Shown here: in pieces, positions 24,610-63,358 of the stretch
Numbering within the stretch: position 1 is the first letter of the stretch
Layout: the number at the start of each line of letters is the position of its first letter
NCBI GenBank assembly: GCA_002633005.1
Contig: NMRA01000029.1
Coordinates: forward strand, 574,956-638,955
From: Phoronis australis
Taxonomy: Eukaryota; Animalia; Phoronida
Direction: 5' to 3'
Length of the DNA: 64,000 bases
Notes under the pieces: model-generated
What the model was told of the DNA's origin: nothing
Databases searched by the model: none
The model's input: only the letters and a program-made list of their open reading frames with translations
Position numbers and translations under genes: made by a program

Positions 24610-26195
24610 AAAAGCATATCAGAAATACAGTTATAAGTTTCCCCGAAGGTGAATGAATGCGATTCAATTCTGACTTTGAACCTTAAGTCACGTTCGGTAT
24701 AGTGTCAAGTTATAACCGGACTCTCAAGCTGAGCTCCATGCTCTAAACAGGCTGCTTAATAACCTCTTGACAACCGTCTTGGGATCTCCTTATCCTTCCC
24801 TACACCTCTACTTCTTTAGAATTGTTACATTATCAAAAACAACAGAAACTCCACGGTCAGGTCATGGCGAAAATGCATTAGTGACCTTATCCGGTTAATG
24901 AGAGTAATGCTGTGTACGTAACGGCCCTGATCAGCCTGGTGGACGTAGTCTCGTCTCGGAGGTACTCGATTGCATTTTTGACGGAAGGGGTAGCAAGAAA
25001 TCTACAATACTCTCCCAATTACCTAATGGACTAGAAGAAGGGATCCATTTGTAGGAAGCTTAAAAGATAAAATCACCCTTTTGTAGAGTTTTGGTCAAGA
25101 AACATCACCCTTTTGTAGGGGATAATTCCCTGAACTTTGGAATTCCTCGACAACTGTCTTTTTATCCCATTACATGCACGCACCCAGTCTAAAATATAGG
25201 TTGGGCTAGAATCTTTAACAATGTGGACCTTTTACTAACATAAACCGGTGCCTAAAAAAGCGGGGTACCACGTTCAGAGCTATGAATTGTGCATTCGTGC
25301 CTTTTAGTGGACTTTTGTCTTCGTTTTTTCGGACGTATTGTTTCTCTGCTCACTTCGTCAAATGCCCCCCCCCCCCGGGTGCGCGCATGCACTACAGNAA
25401 AAAGCATATCAGAAATACAGTAATAAGTTTCCCCGAAGGTGAATGAATGCGATTCAATTCTGACTTTGAACCTTAAGTCACGTTCGGTATAGTGTCAAGT
25501 TATAACCGGACTCTCAAGCTGAGCTCCATGCTCTAAATAGGCTGCTTAATAACCTCTTGACAACCGTCTTGGGATCTCCTTATCCTTCCCTACACCTCTA
25601 CTTCCCAGACCCTATAGAATTGTTACATTATCAAAAACAACAGAAACTCCACGGTCAGGTCTTGGCGAAAATGCATTAGTGACCTTATCCGGTTAATGAA
25701 AGTAACGCTCTGTACGTAACGGCCCTGATCAGCCTGGTGGACGTAGTCTCGTCTCGGAGGTACTCGATTGCATTTTTGACGGAAAGGGTAGCAAGAAATC
25801 TACAATACTCTCCCAATTACCTAATGGACTAGAAGAAGGGATCCATTTGTAGGAAGCTTGCAAGATAAAATCACCCTTTTGTAGAGTTTTGGTCAAGAAA
25901 CATCACCCTTTTGTAGGGGATAATTCCCTGAACTTTGGAATTCCTCGACAACTGTCTTTTTATCCCATTACATGCACGCACCCAGTCTAAAATATAGGTT
26001 GGGCTAGAATCTTTAACAATGTGGACCTTTTACTAACATAAACCGGTGCCTAAAAAAGCGGGGTACCACGTTCAGAGCTATGAATTGTGCATTCGTGCCT
26101 TTTAGTGGACTTTTGTCTTCGTTTTTTCGGACGTATTGTTTCTCTGCTCACTTCGTCAAATGCCCCCCCCCCCCGGGTGCGCGCATGCACTACAG
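24610..26195. other. ~790-bp near-identical duplication flanking single N (haplotype/contig overlap artifact)
   Basis: 24610-25397 vs 25399-26195 around N at 25398; copies differ by a few SNPs and a small indel. Confidence 0.8.
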
Positions 26196-26529
26196 AGCCA
26201 CTAGAATCTTGTAGTTAACCTACGCCCACTGGCGTTGACGGCGGAGGCATGAATGTGTCACAATATTTTCTAACCAGGGGGATTGCTACGATTCTTCTCT
26301 CACTCGATCCATCCTCCTAGCACTCTCTGCAGAAAACTTTGATTTGGCTTCGTCAAAGACTGCTCTCTTACCGTGTGTGTGCGCATAACAAGTCCGCTTT
26401 ATTGGTTTCTCCGCAACAAAATATACATATCTGTCAGTTAGGAAGTTAATCGTTTCCTCCGATCTCAACTCGTGTTTATCTTTCTTGCAGTTATTTTCAG
26501 GCAGTAATGTGCTCATAACTATATGCCTA

Positions 26530-27855
26530 AACCTTTATGGGAGCATTAGACAAAATTTCTGTCTTAAAAGGATACCAAACCCTGTTTTGGCATATTAACA
26601 AATATTATAGACGCCTTATATATCAAATTTTCTGAAACAAAATGATGCTCTGTAACCCACCTACATCCTAAAAAATTGGAGGGCATTTTGAAAAAACTCT
26701 TTCAAAGTCTGCTAAACGAGCAATAGCGAATTACACGGGAGCTGTGGGGAAAGACCACCCATCGCGAACCAAAATATGCAATCTCTGACATAGCATTTAT
26801 GAATTTTTAACTGATTCCTGCCTTTAACGTTCAATATTGACGCCAATGATACATTAGCATGTGATATAACGAAAGTCCTTGTCGTCTGTTGTTATTTTCA
26901 TATAAATACACTTACTAAATTTAGTAAAGATCTTGCAGTGGGTTTAGGAGATACAACTGTGGGCGCAAAACAAAACTACCACTAGGAGGCGCCACATTAG
27001 TCAGTCACCATCTTTAAAGGTCGTCTTCACTCTGAGAACACATATGCCAATTTTCAAATGATTTCGTTGATACAGGGATGGACGCCAAAAACAAAATTTG
27101 AAAACAGCAAAAATGGCCACTAGGTGGTGCAAAATACTTCGATTCCATCCATTTAAAATTTTATGAAAATCTGCTGAGGACCTTTGAAGATACAGTTAAA
27201 CGTACAAAACTAAAATTGCCAATAAGGGGCACACCAGTAGTCAGATCTGTCCGAAAGTCATCACCCTTAGTCAATATCATATAAATACACTTGCTAAATT
27301 TAGTAAAGATCCTGTGAACGGTTTAGAAGATACAGCCATGGGCGCAAAAAAAAACTGCCACTAGGAGGCGTCACAGTAGTTGAAATCGTCGGAAAATCAT
27401 CGTCAACCGTCCTCTTTATAGTAACCACATGACAATTTTCACAATCATCCTTTGAGCGGTTTGGTTGATAGAGGGGTGGACGCAAAAAACAGACTCGAAA
27501 ACAGTAAAAATGGCCACTAGGTGGCACAAACTATGTCGAATCCATCTGAAAACGGCAGGATAGCGTCATCTCACTAATAGGTGCCTACATACCAAATTTC
27601 ATGAAAATCCGTTAAGGACTTTTGAAGATACAAAGGTAAACGTAAAAAACTAAAATTGCCACTATGGTGCTCACCGGTAGTCGGATCCGTCCAAAAGTTC
27701 GCTCATGCCGTCCCATTCATGAATGGAACATGTGTGTCAAATTTTATGACCGTACGTCAAAGGGTTTTGGAGATAGAGCAGCGGACGCCGCACGGACGGA
27801 CGGACGGAGATGACGGCATAATGCGTCCACATATAAATATGTGGGCGCATTAAAA
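26530..27855 (+). mobile_element. Helentron/HINE-like non-autonomous element
   Basis: Internal ~380-bp duplicated units (~26898, ~27277), (ACGG)n microsatellite at ~27792, terminal hairpin ATGCGTCCACATAT-AA-ATATGTGGGCGCAT followed by TAAAA. The 5' boundary is approximate. Confidence 0.6.
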
Positions 27856-28682
27856 TGGATATAATGGGTCAGAACATATTACGCTTTTTATTGCCCAAAA
27901 CTGTTGTCTGTCAACACTAGCGAGAATAAAGTCCCATCTTTCCGGCTAAACAAAACTTTAAATTATTAAACACGTCATCTATGATACTGCGCCCTTTGAT
28001 TACAATATGAAAATTTAAAGGCTTAAATAATCGAAATGCTCTCAGTGCACGCTTTCAAACTCCTAGTGTTTTTGGTAGTCATGTTTGAATGATCTCAATT
28101 TGTTGATTCGGTTTACTTCTGTACATTTTCACGCGCAAATTGACTACACGCTGACAAGTCATCCATGTAGCTGTAAAACCGCGACTTAAAATGGTTCACT
28201 TAAATGTGACATCATAAAACGGCCTTGACAACATCACACAACTTAGTAACCGGGCATTTTTCGGAACGTATCTTCATAGATCCAGCTGGCTGAACACTGT
28301 GGTCCAATTTGAAACCTGTTCCAACAATTCATTGAATTCGTACATACTGATAGCAATTTCTTACTAAATCTATCCACCGTATAACATGGTAACTCCACTA
28401 AAACTTTAAATACATTAAAATATACAGCTACGACACACAGAACTTTGTGTATGTGAGAATGAAATTAACACGAGAAAGGAAACACATGACAAAATTTTCT
28501 TTTGTTTCACGGGAAAGACGGGACATGTGTAGAACATGAATATCATTTACTTATCAGTATATCACATTAATCAAAATAACATTGCGCTTGAAAATCAAAG
28601 AACAACGCATGTCTATCGTTTCAAACCATGCTCTCGTTTTTGTAGGCTGTATGACGAAATTCATTGAAACGAATGCAACAAA

Positions 28683-31600
28683 ATGGATAGCTCGGAAATC
28701 TCTGCAGGAAATTCCGTCAGCGCGAAAGAATGCTATAAAACGGTTAACACGGGAAGTTCGCTGGGAGTCGCTGTCGGCAGAGGCATCAGCCCTTCGAAAC
28801 TTGAAAATATCCTCGACGAAAATCTAATGTGTTCTGTGTGCCAGGATATTTTCGTTGAGGTAAGAACAGTGATGCGAAGCAAAACATTTCCTGGCATTTA
28901 TTTGACGGCGCTGCCGATTCGCTGGTACCCACGGTAGATTCGGGACTCTATCGCGGATATTACACGAGACCATCGGATGGGGGGGGGCTTCCCAGCTTAT
29001 AGCGATTTAAGCGCGGTTTGATACCAATTAGTGCCCATGATATACCTCCACAGGCTCGGAGGTTACCGACACCAAAGTCAAAACCCACTCGGATCTTATG
29101 AATCGCTTCGTCGTGTCGTAATAACTTAAAGCTTAAGTTAGAAATTTGGTAGTACGACTATTTCTGTAAATAGACTCAAAGTCTCTGAGAAAATTCACAG
29201 AAGTGAAATTACTGAGATAATTTTTATAAATTATTATAGACTGTGATGCGCTCATAATTAAATGGCTAAACCGTTATTTAGCATTTGTGAAATCGGAGAG
29301 TAAGACCAAAGTTCTGACTTAAATCTTAAGTCATTTTTCATGACACAGGCCCATTTTGAAATTAAGGCTGTTAAATGTAAATGGAATGCCGTGTTTAAAA
29401 AACATGCTTAATATATACACGTAAAAGGTAGTAACTGCGGTAGTACAGGCGTGGGTTATTACCTTTCGAGCACCTATGCTTCGATCCATACTACCATGTA
29501 TATCCCTCTGCTTGCAGCCTTGCGTTCTCAGCTGCAACCACACGTTCTGTCGCCTATGTTTGTCGATGTGGAGAGACAACAACTCCACGTGCCCCGTTTG
29601 TCGTCAACCTATTGAGACAGTCTCCAAATGTTTGGCATTGGAACAGTTGGCAGACAGTCTAGCCACCCTTTTGCCGGAAGAACTAAAAGTTCAACAAGAA
29701 GAAAGAAAACGAGAGAGACGTGGTTAGTAGTTCTACATTTCCCCTGCTTGGTCGTATTTGTGATAACTTCTCCATGTTTTCATCAAAATGATTGTATTTT
29801 CTGTGGTACAACTTTTGTCCTCCTTTATTCAAAACAAATCGCTAAAACGCCCTCAGCAATCCCGCGCACGAGCGATTTTCTGCTCGGCTTTTGGTTAAAC
29901 ATTTGACTATTACGTCCTCATTTCAACGTTGTGCTGACTTCGCCTTATCAGCACCTGTGGCTTGGCAAGTTGGGTGTCTAGTTGAGCTGCAGCTGGAAAG
30001 GAGGCGGCTCCGAAGGTGGAAAGGGCGACGCAAAATTGGTGGCAACAGAAGGAAGAGGCCACACGAAATTGATGGTGACCGTGGTAGGGCTGCATAAAAC
30101 TGGTGGCGTCTGGGGTTGGCATCGGTTATCTTACGTCACAAGGAGCAATAGCCTAAGCTTAGCTACGCCACTGGCCATGACGTAATTATTGTCTGTAATC
30201 TGGTAACGGAACTTTACGTAAATAATCGACTAAACACCATTAAATTGTTTGCTGTAGAACAACAAGTGAAGCGGGATCAGGAGCACCCAAACGTTCATCC
30301 CAATATTGTAATCTGGGTAGACGACAGTGGCACATCGACGACTGTAGAAAATAATATAGCAAATGACGTTGCAAGGTCGCCTTCGGTTTCTTCTCCGTCT
30401 TTGTCGTCGTCGACGAACTCTTCGACAGACATTCCTTTGAGTAATGTCCGCGAGACTCTCCCACGTGCGGATGACCCCGCCATGAATCCTCACGTAGCTC
30501 TAACACCATTGCCCGCTGACCTTATACCGACGTCAGTAGACGAATTTGAGCTATACCTTAGTTCTTTCTCCGGAGAAGACGAGCTTTCCAGTATGCTGGA
30601 TGGCACGTATGGTTCTGATGGACAGTGGGAAATGTCAGTAAATCCTTCCCAGGGCCTTTCGGAAGAACATGAAGACACACCACAGGATAGCTCTAACAAC
30701 GAAGGTACCATTGAAGTTTCAATGGGTATCAATGATCAAATACCTCATTCATATTTAGATCTTACACACAATAATCACGGTTCTGCATGGACGCCATCTC
30801 TTTCTCCGAACAATCAGGAAGCACCAGATTCAGAGCACGGTCAATATTGGGATATTAATCAAGATCAAAGATATTATGTCATTCCTTTGACTGGGACTAC
30901 CAGCTACTGGAATCCACTAGAAGCATCCAACGTGGATAGTCTTGCTGTTGACCATGAACTAAGGAATGACCAGTCAATGAATAGTGACCACTCTCAACCG
31001 TTTCTGAGGAACGGCGAACCGACGACGAGCACATACCAACAACAACAGCAGCTAGAAGACCAGCGACAGTCAGAGGTGGACGATCTAAATAGAAGCGAGG
31101 AATGTACGAGGTTGTTGAACGCATACGAGCAAGAAGTGAGTATACTAATTTAGCCATGCGCCGCTAATTAGATTAAGCCGAGGTCGCAAATTTTGAACTC
31201 GATTAAGTCAAGTTAACGGTGGATAAACAAGCCAATGAATCAGTCAAAGAGCTTCATTCGTTCCAAGATTTTATCATTAGTAATTAGGCACACCAACTCA
31301 TCGTTTTAAAGAATTAAAACAAAGGGTTCCACAACAAACCATGAATTAAAGCAACGACTTTCAATGATGACGCTGTACGGGGCTTTTATCATTGCCGTTC
31401 TCGATACTGCTGCCGTTCGTGTGGGCTCATGATTAGTACCTTGCACAGAGATATGCGAACTTTATGTGTTGCACGATATAACTGGATTAGTAAAAGAGGA
31501 CAAATGTGACCTGCAGTGGTTGCTATCAAATTATACCATGACAGTTATTGACGTGAACCTATTATATATATTATCATGTCCGGCGATCACCAATTTCTAC

Positions 31601-33940
31601 TGAAGACTTCATTCGAAATTTTGAAAGGATTTTTTCGCTGTTTAGCCTAGCTGCCAATGTTGATTTTTTTACGAAGTGCTTTGGGGTTTAAAGACATGAT
31701 CACGCTGTCGAATCTTGAATTGTTGTCGAATATGTGTACGTGCACAGCTTTGAAATTCTCAGTTTTAGGGTTGGTCAATACCAATAAACACGGAGATGTT
31801 TTTTTTGTTGAGTCGCTGAGGGTTTCGGTGTTCTTGTGTTAAAGGAAATCACGTCCGGTCACGGCACTTAATATGAGACCGGTTTTACGAGATATAGTGT
31901 GTTTTTTGTTTTTCTTTTCGTTTTCCGGCTGCAAAATACGGAGGTAATGCAGTTTTATCCAATGAGCTATATATATTTATCTCATTGGTTTTATCAATCA
32001 CCTCGCACGATGTTAGGAAGTTTAACGGAGCTGTTACGCACGACTTGCAGGTTTTCGAACCGAGTTTTGAGTAAAACATGGTGGTCACGACCCCTGGTCT
32101 GGTTAATAACGAGTGCGAAGCGTGCATGCAAATAATTATTACGTGTTCTCAGGTTTCAGAAATTTATAACCGCAGTTACGACGAATACGAAAGAAAAATG
32201 GAAATGGCACGCGCCCTGTTCGTGGCAAGGTTAAGAGACAACATTGCGACTGACAACGATTACGACGAAACTAGGTCATATATTAGAACTCTTGTAACGG
32301 AGATGAAGGAATTTCTGACTGATCAGCTGTATCAAGCATATAGAAAACAAATAGATATTGCAACAGAATTGATAACGAATAGTCATATTGTGTACGATGA
32401 TCAAATCATCGAATTGTACATTACTCAAACGTATAACCTGTGTGACTACATGGAGAGTCTTGTGGAAAGGATGACATTACCGTCATGCAACAGCCAAGAT
32501 GGTGGCAATTTGCTAGTGTTCCCACAAAATGCGCGCAGCAGTGGAAGTTTGGCGTCTTCTACGTCAACGTCTGGTTTGCATTCAAGCTTTCAGCCAACTG
32601 GAAGGCCTGAAAATGGATCTAACGATGGAAGAGGGCGGTGCTCACGAAACTCATCTCCAGAACTGACAGAATGTACAAGAAGTCTAGAGAGAAGTAAAAA
32701 TCTAATTCGTGACAATGGTGACGTAGGTGTAGTATCGGCGGGCAGTGAGGACACTGTCACTTTGTCGGCCGTCAACTCCATGACGGCTAATTCACCAGAT
32801 TGTTCAAGCACTTTTGTTTCGATGAGGACAGACGTAAAAGAAGTTACTGGAGACACTGTACAATTAGGTTCGTGTGGGAAGTCTAATCCCGCACGAAATA
32901 CCATTTCTCTGGATGTTTCGCCACAACCATGCTATGACAACCATGCCAATGTTGAGAATCAGTTGCATTATAAGGGGGACTTGTTAAACTTTGGACTATT
33001 GTCAAACATCTCTACACTCGTGTCGTTGACTGTCGATGATGATGATGATGACGGTGACGATGAAACAATGAAAGGTTTACCAGAGCACGGCAGGGACATG
33101 TGGCGGGAATGCCAACCTCTGGAGAGCTGTTCACTTCAGAGAGTACAAGCCTCTTGCAGCTCGCGCAGAAGCTTGGATTCTGGAAACGATCCCAACTCTG
33201 CGATTACTCTTCGTGCTCGTCAAGATCTTTTGGCATCGGAAGATTTTCCTACAAGGATGGATCAAGAAGTGTCGTTATCGGCGCACCCTTGCAACGAGAC
33301 TTGCGAGTACCATCCTCTGGAGGACGAAAGATCACGTGTAGGTAGTGTGATGGACGAGTCAGATAGCAGTTCCACGGTTCAAAAGAAAAAGGTGACATTC
33401 AAAGATGGAGAAGATTCTTTTCGGGTATCTGTCCCAAAAAATTCGATCAGAAAATGTTCCTACAATCTTCGGCAGCGGGACATACGGAGTGATTCAAGGC
33501 ATTTGTGCATCAGAACAAACCCATACAATTTACGATCCCGCCATTTCAGAGATGAAGCTCTTTCACGCAAATGCGCTGAAACTGATAACGATAGTTCTCC
33601 TGAAAGGTTTATCCGCCATCCGTATAATTTACGAAGTTCAGCACGCAGTTACGAAACTTCTGACTTTGGTGATGCGGACCAGTCGCCAGTGCCACAATCT
33701 TCTGATACGTCGTCCAATATGTCCAGTAATCGGACAAAAAGAAGTCGCTCGCCCTTGCCAAACGACTTAGAAACTCGTCAGATATTGCAAAGAAGCCCGT
33801 TCACTCGACGTCGAAGGAGTAGTAATAGTTATATGGGTCGTAGCAACGTTGACGTTTTGTCTGGCTACGAATCCGATTTTGACGAAAGTTGCATAAGAAG
33901 ATACATTTTGGAGACGTATAAGTCAACTTCCTTTACTTAA
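28683..33940 (+). CDS. RING-finger (C3HC4, RNF8-like) E3 ubiquitin ligase with long disordered C-terminus, ~1015 aa
   Basis: Exons 28683-28859, 29518-29722, 30258-31135, 32153-33940; GT-AG introns, consistent phases, 3048 nt. RING: CSVC..CNHTFCRLC..CPVC. In-frame TGA at 28665 upstream of the ATG. Confidence 0.85.
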
Positions 33941-34339
33941 TTTAGTATAATGGAAACTAGGGTTGTCGAGTTGAAAAGTATAAGCATTTTAAGCATGAGT
34001 CCTGTTGACACTTCACAGTTTTCTTAAATCTTTAGGATACCATATGAGTTTATAATTTACTTTTATATATAAGGCACACAACACGCAGTTGGCTCATGGC
34101 GTATTGTTCTAATCGTTTGAATTTCGAATTTAATGCACTCAGCCCACATATAGGCTTACAGGCCACTTTCAACCCAAGAGGTACTATACAGAGCAATGCC
34201 CATAACAATTTACAAAAGAATGATAACAATAATAATTTAACCACTGATGATGACACGTGGTACACAAAATTAGGCTTTGCATCAGACGCAGGTAATAATT
34301 TGCCGCAAGTCACGTGCATTGTCATTGAAACGTGCAGTT

Positions 34340-34600
34340 CGCTTTACAATGCCTTTATCCATCCTTGTTGTTATTTTCACAAAAATATATTTCGTTTCAA
34401 AAATTTCATAACCTATTCTAACTATTGCCAGAAATGTGTTTTTCGGAAATGAACAGTTGAACGTGAAATGAATTTCATCTTCAATTCCGTAATATATCTT
34501 AGCTGCCTGCTCAGGTGAGCAGTTCCATAATTTCAGATTTTCCCCTTCTATCGCTAGCAACCAGATTTTTTGCAGCGCTTACTTATGTAACGGGGGCGGT
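34340..34600 (-). mobile_element. 3' fragment of non-LTR retrotransposon ORF2
   Basis: LAIEG...IEDEIHFTFNC resembles the LINE C-terminal LxIETGR...EDExHFxxxC motif. Confidence 0.5.
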
Positions 34601-34926
34601 ATCTACGACCAAGGCGCCCCGATTTTACGAGCCCGGTGCGGACTGAGGGTGATATTGAAAACTAAAAGTTGGTGAATATTACATAGGTTTATTGTAAGAA
34701 TATATAACTACAATATTTCACACTTACAAGCAATCCAGTTGTTCCATGACTTAGTATCGCAGCGTTGTGATTTTTACAGTTCTGATACACGGGCAAGCCA
34801 GTCGCTGATTAATAGTTGTGTGTGCAAGAACGGGGCAATTTGGTTATTCAGATCCGAAAGGTGAGATGCAATCAAGCTCGGGAGGAGCCCGAGAATTGCA
34901 TGGGGCTAAACTATTGGCAACCAAGT

Positions 34927-35749
34927 NNNNNNNNNNNNNNNNNNNNNNNNNNNNNNNNNNNNNNNNNNNNNNNNNNNNNNNNNNNNNNNNNNNNNNNNNN
35001 NNNNNNNNNNNNNNNNNNNNNNNNNNNNNNNNNNNNNNNNNNNNNNNNNNNNNNNNNNNNNNNNNNNNNNNNNNNNNNNNNNNNNNNNNNNNNNNNNNNN
35101 NNNNNNNNNNNNNNNNNNNNNNNNNNNNNNNNNNNNNNNNNNNNNNNNNNNNNNNNNNNNNNNNNNNNNNNNNNNNNNNNNNNNNNNNNNNNNNNNNNNN
35201 NNNNNNNNNNNNNNNNNNNNNNNNNNNNNNNNNNNNNNNNNNNNNNNNNNNNNNNNNNNNNNNNNNNNNNNNNNNNNNNNNNNNNNNNNNNNNNNNNNNN
35301 NNNNNNNNNNNNNNNNNNNNNNNNNNNNNNNNNNNNNNNNNNNNNNNNNNNNNNNNNNNNNNNNNNNNNNNNNNNNNNNNNNNNNNNNNNNNNNNNNNNN
35401 NNNNNNNNNNNNNNNNNNNNNNNNNNNNNNNNNNNNNNNNNNNNNNNNNNNNNNNNNNNNNNNNNNNNNNNNNNNNNNNNNNNNNNNNNNNNNNNNNNNN
35501 NNNNNNNNNNNNNNNNNNNNNNNNNNNNNNNNNNNNNNNNNNNNNNNNNNNNNNNNNNNNNNNNNNNNNNNNNNNNNNNNNNNNNNNNNNNNNNNNNNNN
35601 NNNNNNNNNNNNNNNNNNNNNNNNNNNNNNNNNNNNNNNNNNNNNNNNNNNNNNNNNNNNNNNNNNNNNNNNNNNNNNNNNNNNNNNNNNNNNNNNNNNN
35701 NNNNNNNNNNNNNNNNNNNNNNNNNNNNNNNNNNNNNNNNNNNNNNNNN
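34927..35749. other. Assembly gap, probably a collapsed ~50-bp tandem repeat
   Basis: N run; both flanks carry TTGGCAACCAAG(T/C)TCGGGAGGAGCCCGA-type units. Confidence 0.7.
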
Positions 35750-38524
35750 TTGGCAACCAAGTTCGGGAGGAGCCCGAAAGCTGCACAAACAGTTGCAATT
35801 TGGTGTGAGTGAAGGTGTACATGTTTGCTTCTTGAACTCTGCGACTGGACTCCTCGTGTCTGACAGAGACAAAGCTTAAGTACACAATTTCAACCAATCA
35901 GACACGATCTGAAGGGCAAGGCCCATAGCTCCTAGCTTCTGACCATATTTGGCCATGTCCAAAGGACTCAACATCATAGGAAAATTCCATACGTAATACA
36001 CAGCTTGACCACTAGAGGGCGCATTTATCTTACATAATCATGTCCAGGGCACTCCTGTTACACTTACAATTGCGACTGTCCATGGTTGAATAAAAGGAAA
36101 TATAGTTGATCACTTGCTGGAAAGTGAGAGGAAAGCCACCATCTTTGATTTGTATGACCATAGCCTGCCACTGACGTAGAAAACCAGCATGAGGTCGTAT
36201 TGAAAGCCTCAGACGAAATTCCTGCTTTGAGGACCGGCCCACCGCATACGGAGATCTACGATAGCTGAGCAGACAGCCTACCCCAAGGCGTGAAAACAAC
36301 AACAGCTCAGCTATCGTTCACGTGAGGTAAACTTCTGGGCTCGTAGCTCTCCGTCAGCACTGCGCATGCTCGTCTTACGAAAGATCTATGGGATAGGGAG
36401 TCCCTACTCAGTCTTCCTACCTCACTTTACCAACCGATGTTGATTCTTCAAGCATTACATTTATTTCACGTTTTCACAGCTTTTTTTCATTTGAACTTTC
36501 TGATACTCCTAGGTCGGTGTAAATCTAATACTATTTTACGCCGCAGGCCTACGGTAATTCCATGTGTGTAAAAAACAAAAATGGACTGTTGTTGAGTTCA
36601 TTTGGATTTGAAGTGTGTAAGGTTGGTGCGGAAACATTTGCCTGGCATATCATTGGAAATTTTACACACTTCAAGACCGGATGTCGTAAGTCGAGAGGGC
36701 TCCCCACGACAATTGTCAAGTGACAAAAATTATGTGAGCTCTAAATACGACATCCAACAACGTTTTTAGCTACTGACGCCCTCTTTCACTGAGCAACAGG
36801 GACCTTCTCTGGTGAACGTTTTTTTTTTCTCAAATGACAAAAATTCATGGCACCAACGGCATCCGACAACGGTTTTTTAGCTATTGATGCCCGAGGGAGT
36901 GGTGCACCTCGCAACTCCCACTAAACTCGACTGTAAAGACGACAAATGGTCCCGGTGTGTTCCCCAACATTGAGCTGTCAGTACGTAAACACTTACAACA
37001 AGAGCACTCGTCAATCTCATTGTTAAAAATATCCTTTATTTCAAAAGTCTCACAAATGCGTTCAGCATAGTTTTGACAACGTTAGGTCTTGTCATCTCAA
37101 CTGTAAAATCACTACAGTAAGAGCCATGAAAAGCGAAAACTCGTAAAAATACCACTTAAACATATCTTGATGAATTTACTTCTCGGGGATGCTAACTTGA
37201 GAGTTATTCATTTTGGATATTGCATGAATTTCTAGAAAAAAATGTCAGATTCACTATTTGTGAAACACTGGCGAAATATACACATTAATCTCAATACAAT
37301 TTTCAAATTCTCCACCCCAAATAATGCGAATAAGCTCGAACAAGTCAACCCCTGCTGCTTGAAATCACCATTTTTTTCCTTACATCAAAGGTCAAAGGTG
37401 ACATTTTCCACGTACAAGTAGCACATTTCCCTTATAAGGGAATGTGCTACATGTTAGTCTATGTCTTGTCGTACCAAATAAGGAGACGTACTTCGCCGTG
37501 TGGGAGAAAAATCGAAAGTGACGAGTAGTTAACAGATTGTTTTTTTTTTTTGAAATTTCAAACTAAAGGAAAAATGCTTTGTCATCAACAGAAATTTGAA
37601 ATCTTTACGAAAAACTGTAAAAATACCTGGTGAACAGTTTTACATCTGTTTCACTCAGTGGCAGACAACCACTTTGAATATTAGTCTGATTTTCACGTCC
37701 CATGTCACTGCAATGGCTATACCAGATCGCGGCATAACTGGAATGCATTTTTAGTGCCGGGGTGCGAAAGACTGCCATTGTGAGCCTATCCGACGGTCGC
37801 CACCAGCGGTAGACAATCACTGCGTCATTCAGCTGGCGGCTGAACTTGACACTGGTTTGAGTTGAATAAAAAGCAAATGCCAGCACCACTTTACTTGATG
37901 CAGTGAAAAAAAAAAACAACAAAATGCTGATCACCGTGAAAAGTTTTAAAAGAAGCATACGGATCAGAAACAAAATTGTGCTTTAACTTATAATGTTTGT
38001 TCAAAATCAGTCCTAAGTAAACTGCTCGCAACCAATTCATTCGTGTGCAACTCCAGTAATTGCTTATTTTCTTATTTTTTTACAACTGCATGATTCACCG
38101 AGGAATTTCTTGCTTAGCATATTCCCATCTGAGTTTATGTTAAAGCATTCGAAGTGCAAACTCAATATTTACACTGATCAGCCTCGGTTTTCAAATTCAA
38201 ATGTCAGTCTCGGACATTTTAGGTTAGACGAAACGAGACATAAAATAAAACAAATAACTGGTCGTATAGAACAAACATAACTGTCGAAGATTTTAGGGCA
38301 ATCACTTGCCAAGATATAGTTGTGATTCCACATGATCATATTTTACCAGTGATTGGGATTTCGCAACCCTTATTCAGTGCAAGTCGATAACCGAACGCTA
38401 TCTTGGGGAATAAGCACACAAAGGCGACTAAGCTAAACAAACAATACCTGAGCACACTCCGTATATGGGACATTGTATAACTAAGAGCGCATAACCTACA
38501 TTCGGACCTGACTTGTAGGTGAAT

Positions 38525-63320
<24,796 letters not shown>

Positions 63321-63358
63321 GTGGGTTTTGCTTGTTTTATTGTGACTTTGTTTATTAA

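Noticed and set aside
24610-26195. Possible LTR pair or segmental duplication
   Set aside because: Copies abut a single N with no internal region; typical contig or haplotype overlap.
26286-26516. 76-aa minus-strand ORF
   Set aside because: No recognisable motif or exon partners.
34816-35897. Long ORFs of 284-353 aa
   Set aside because: They consist of N-gap X residues.
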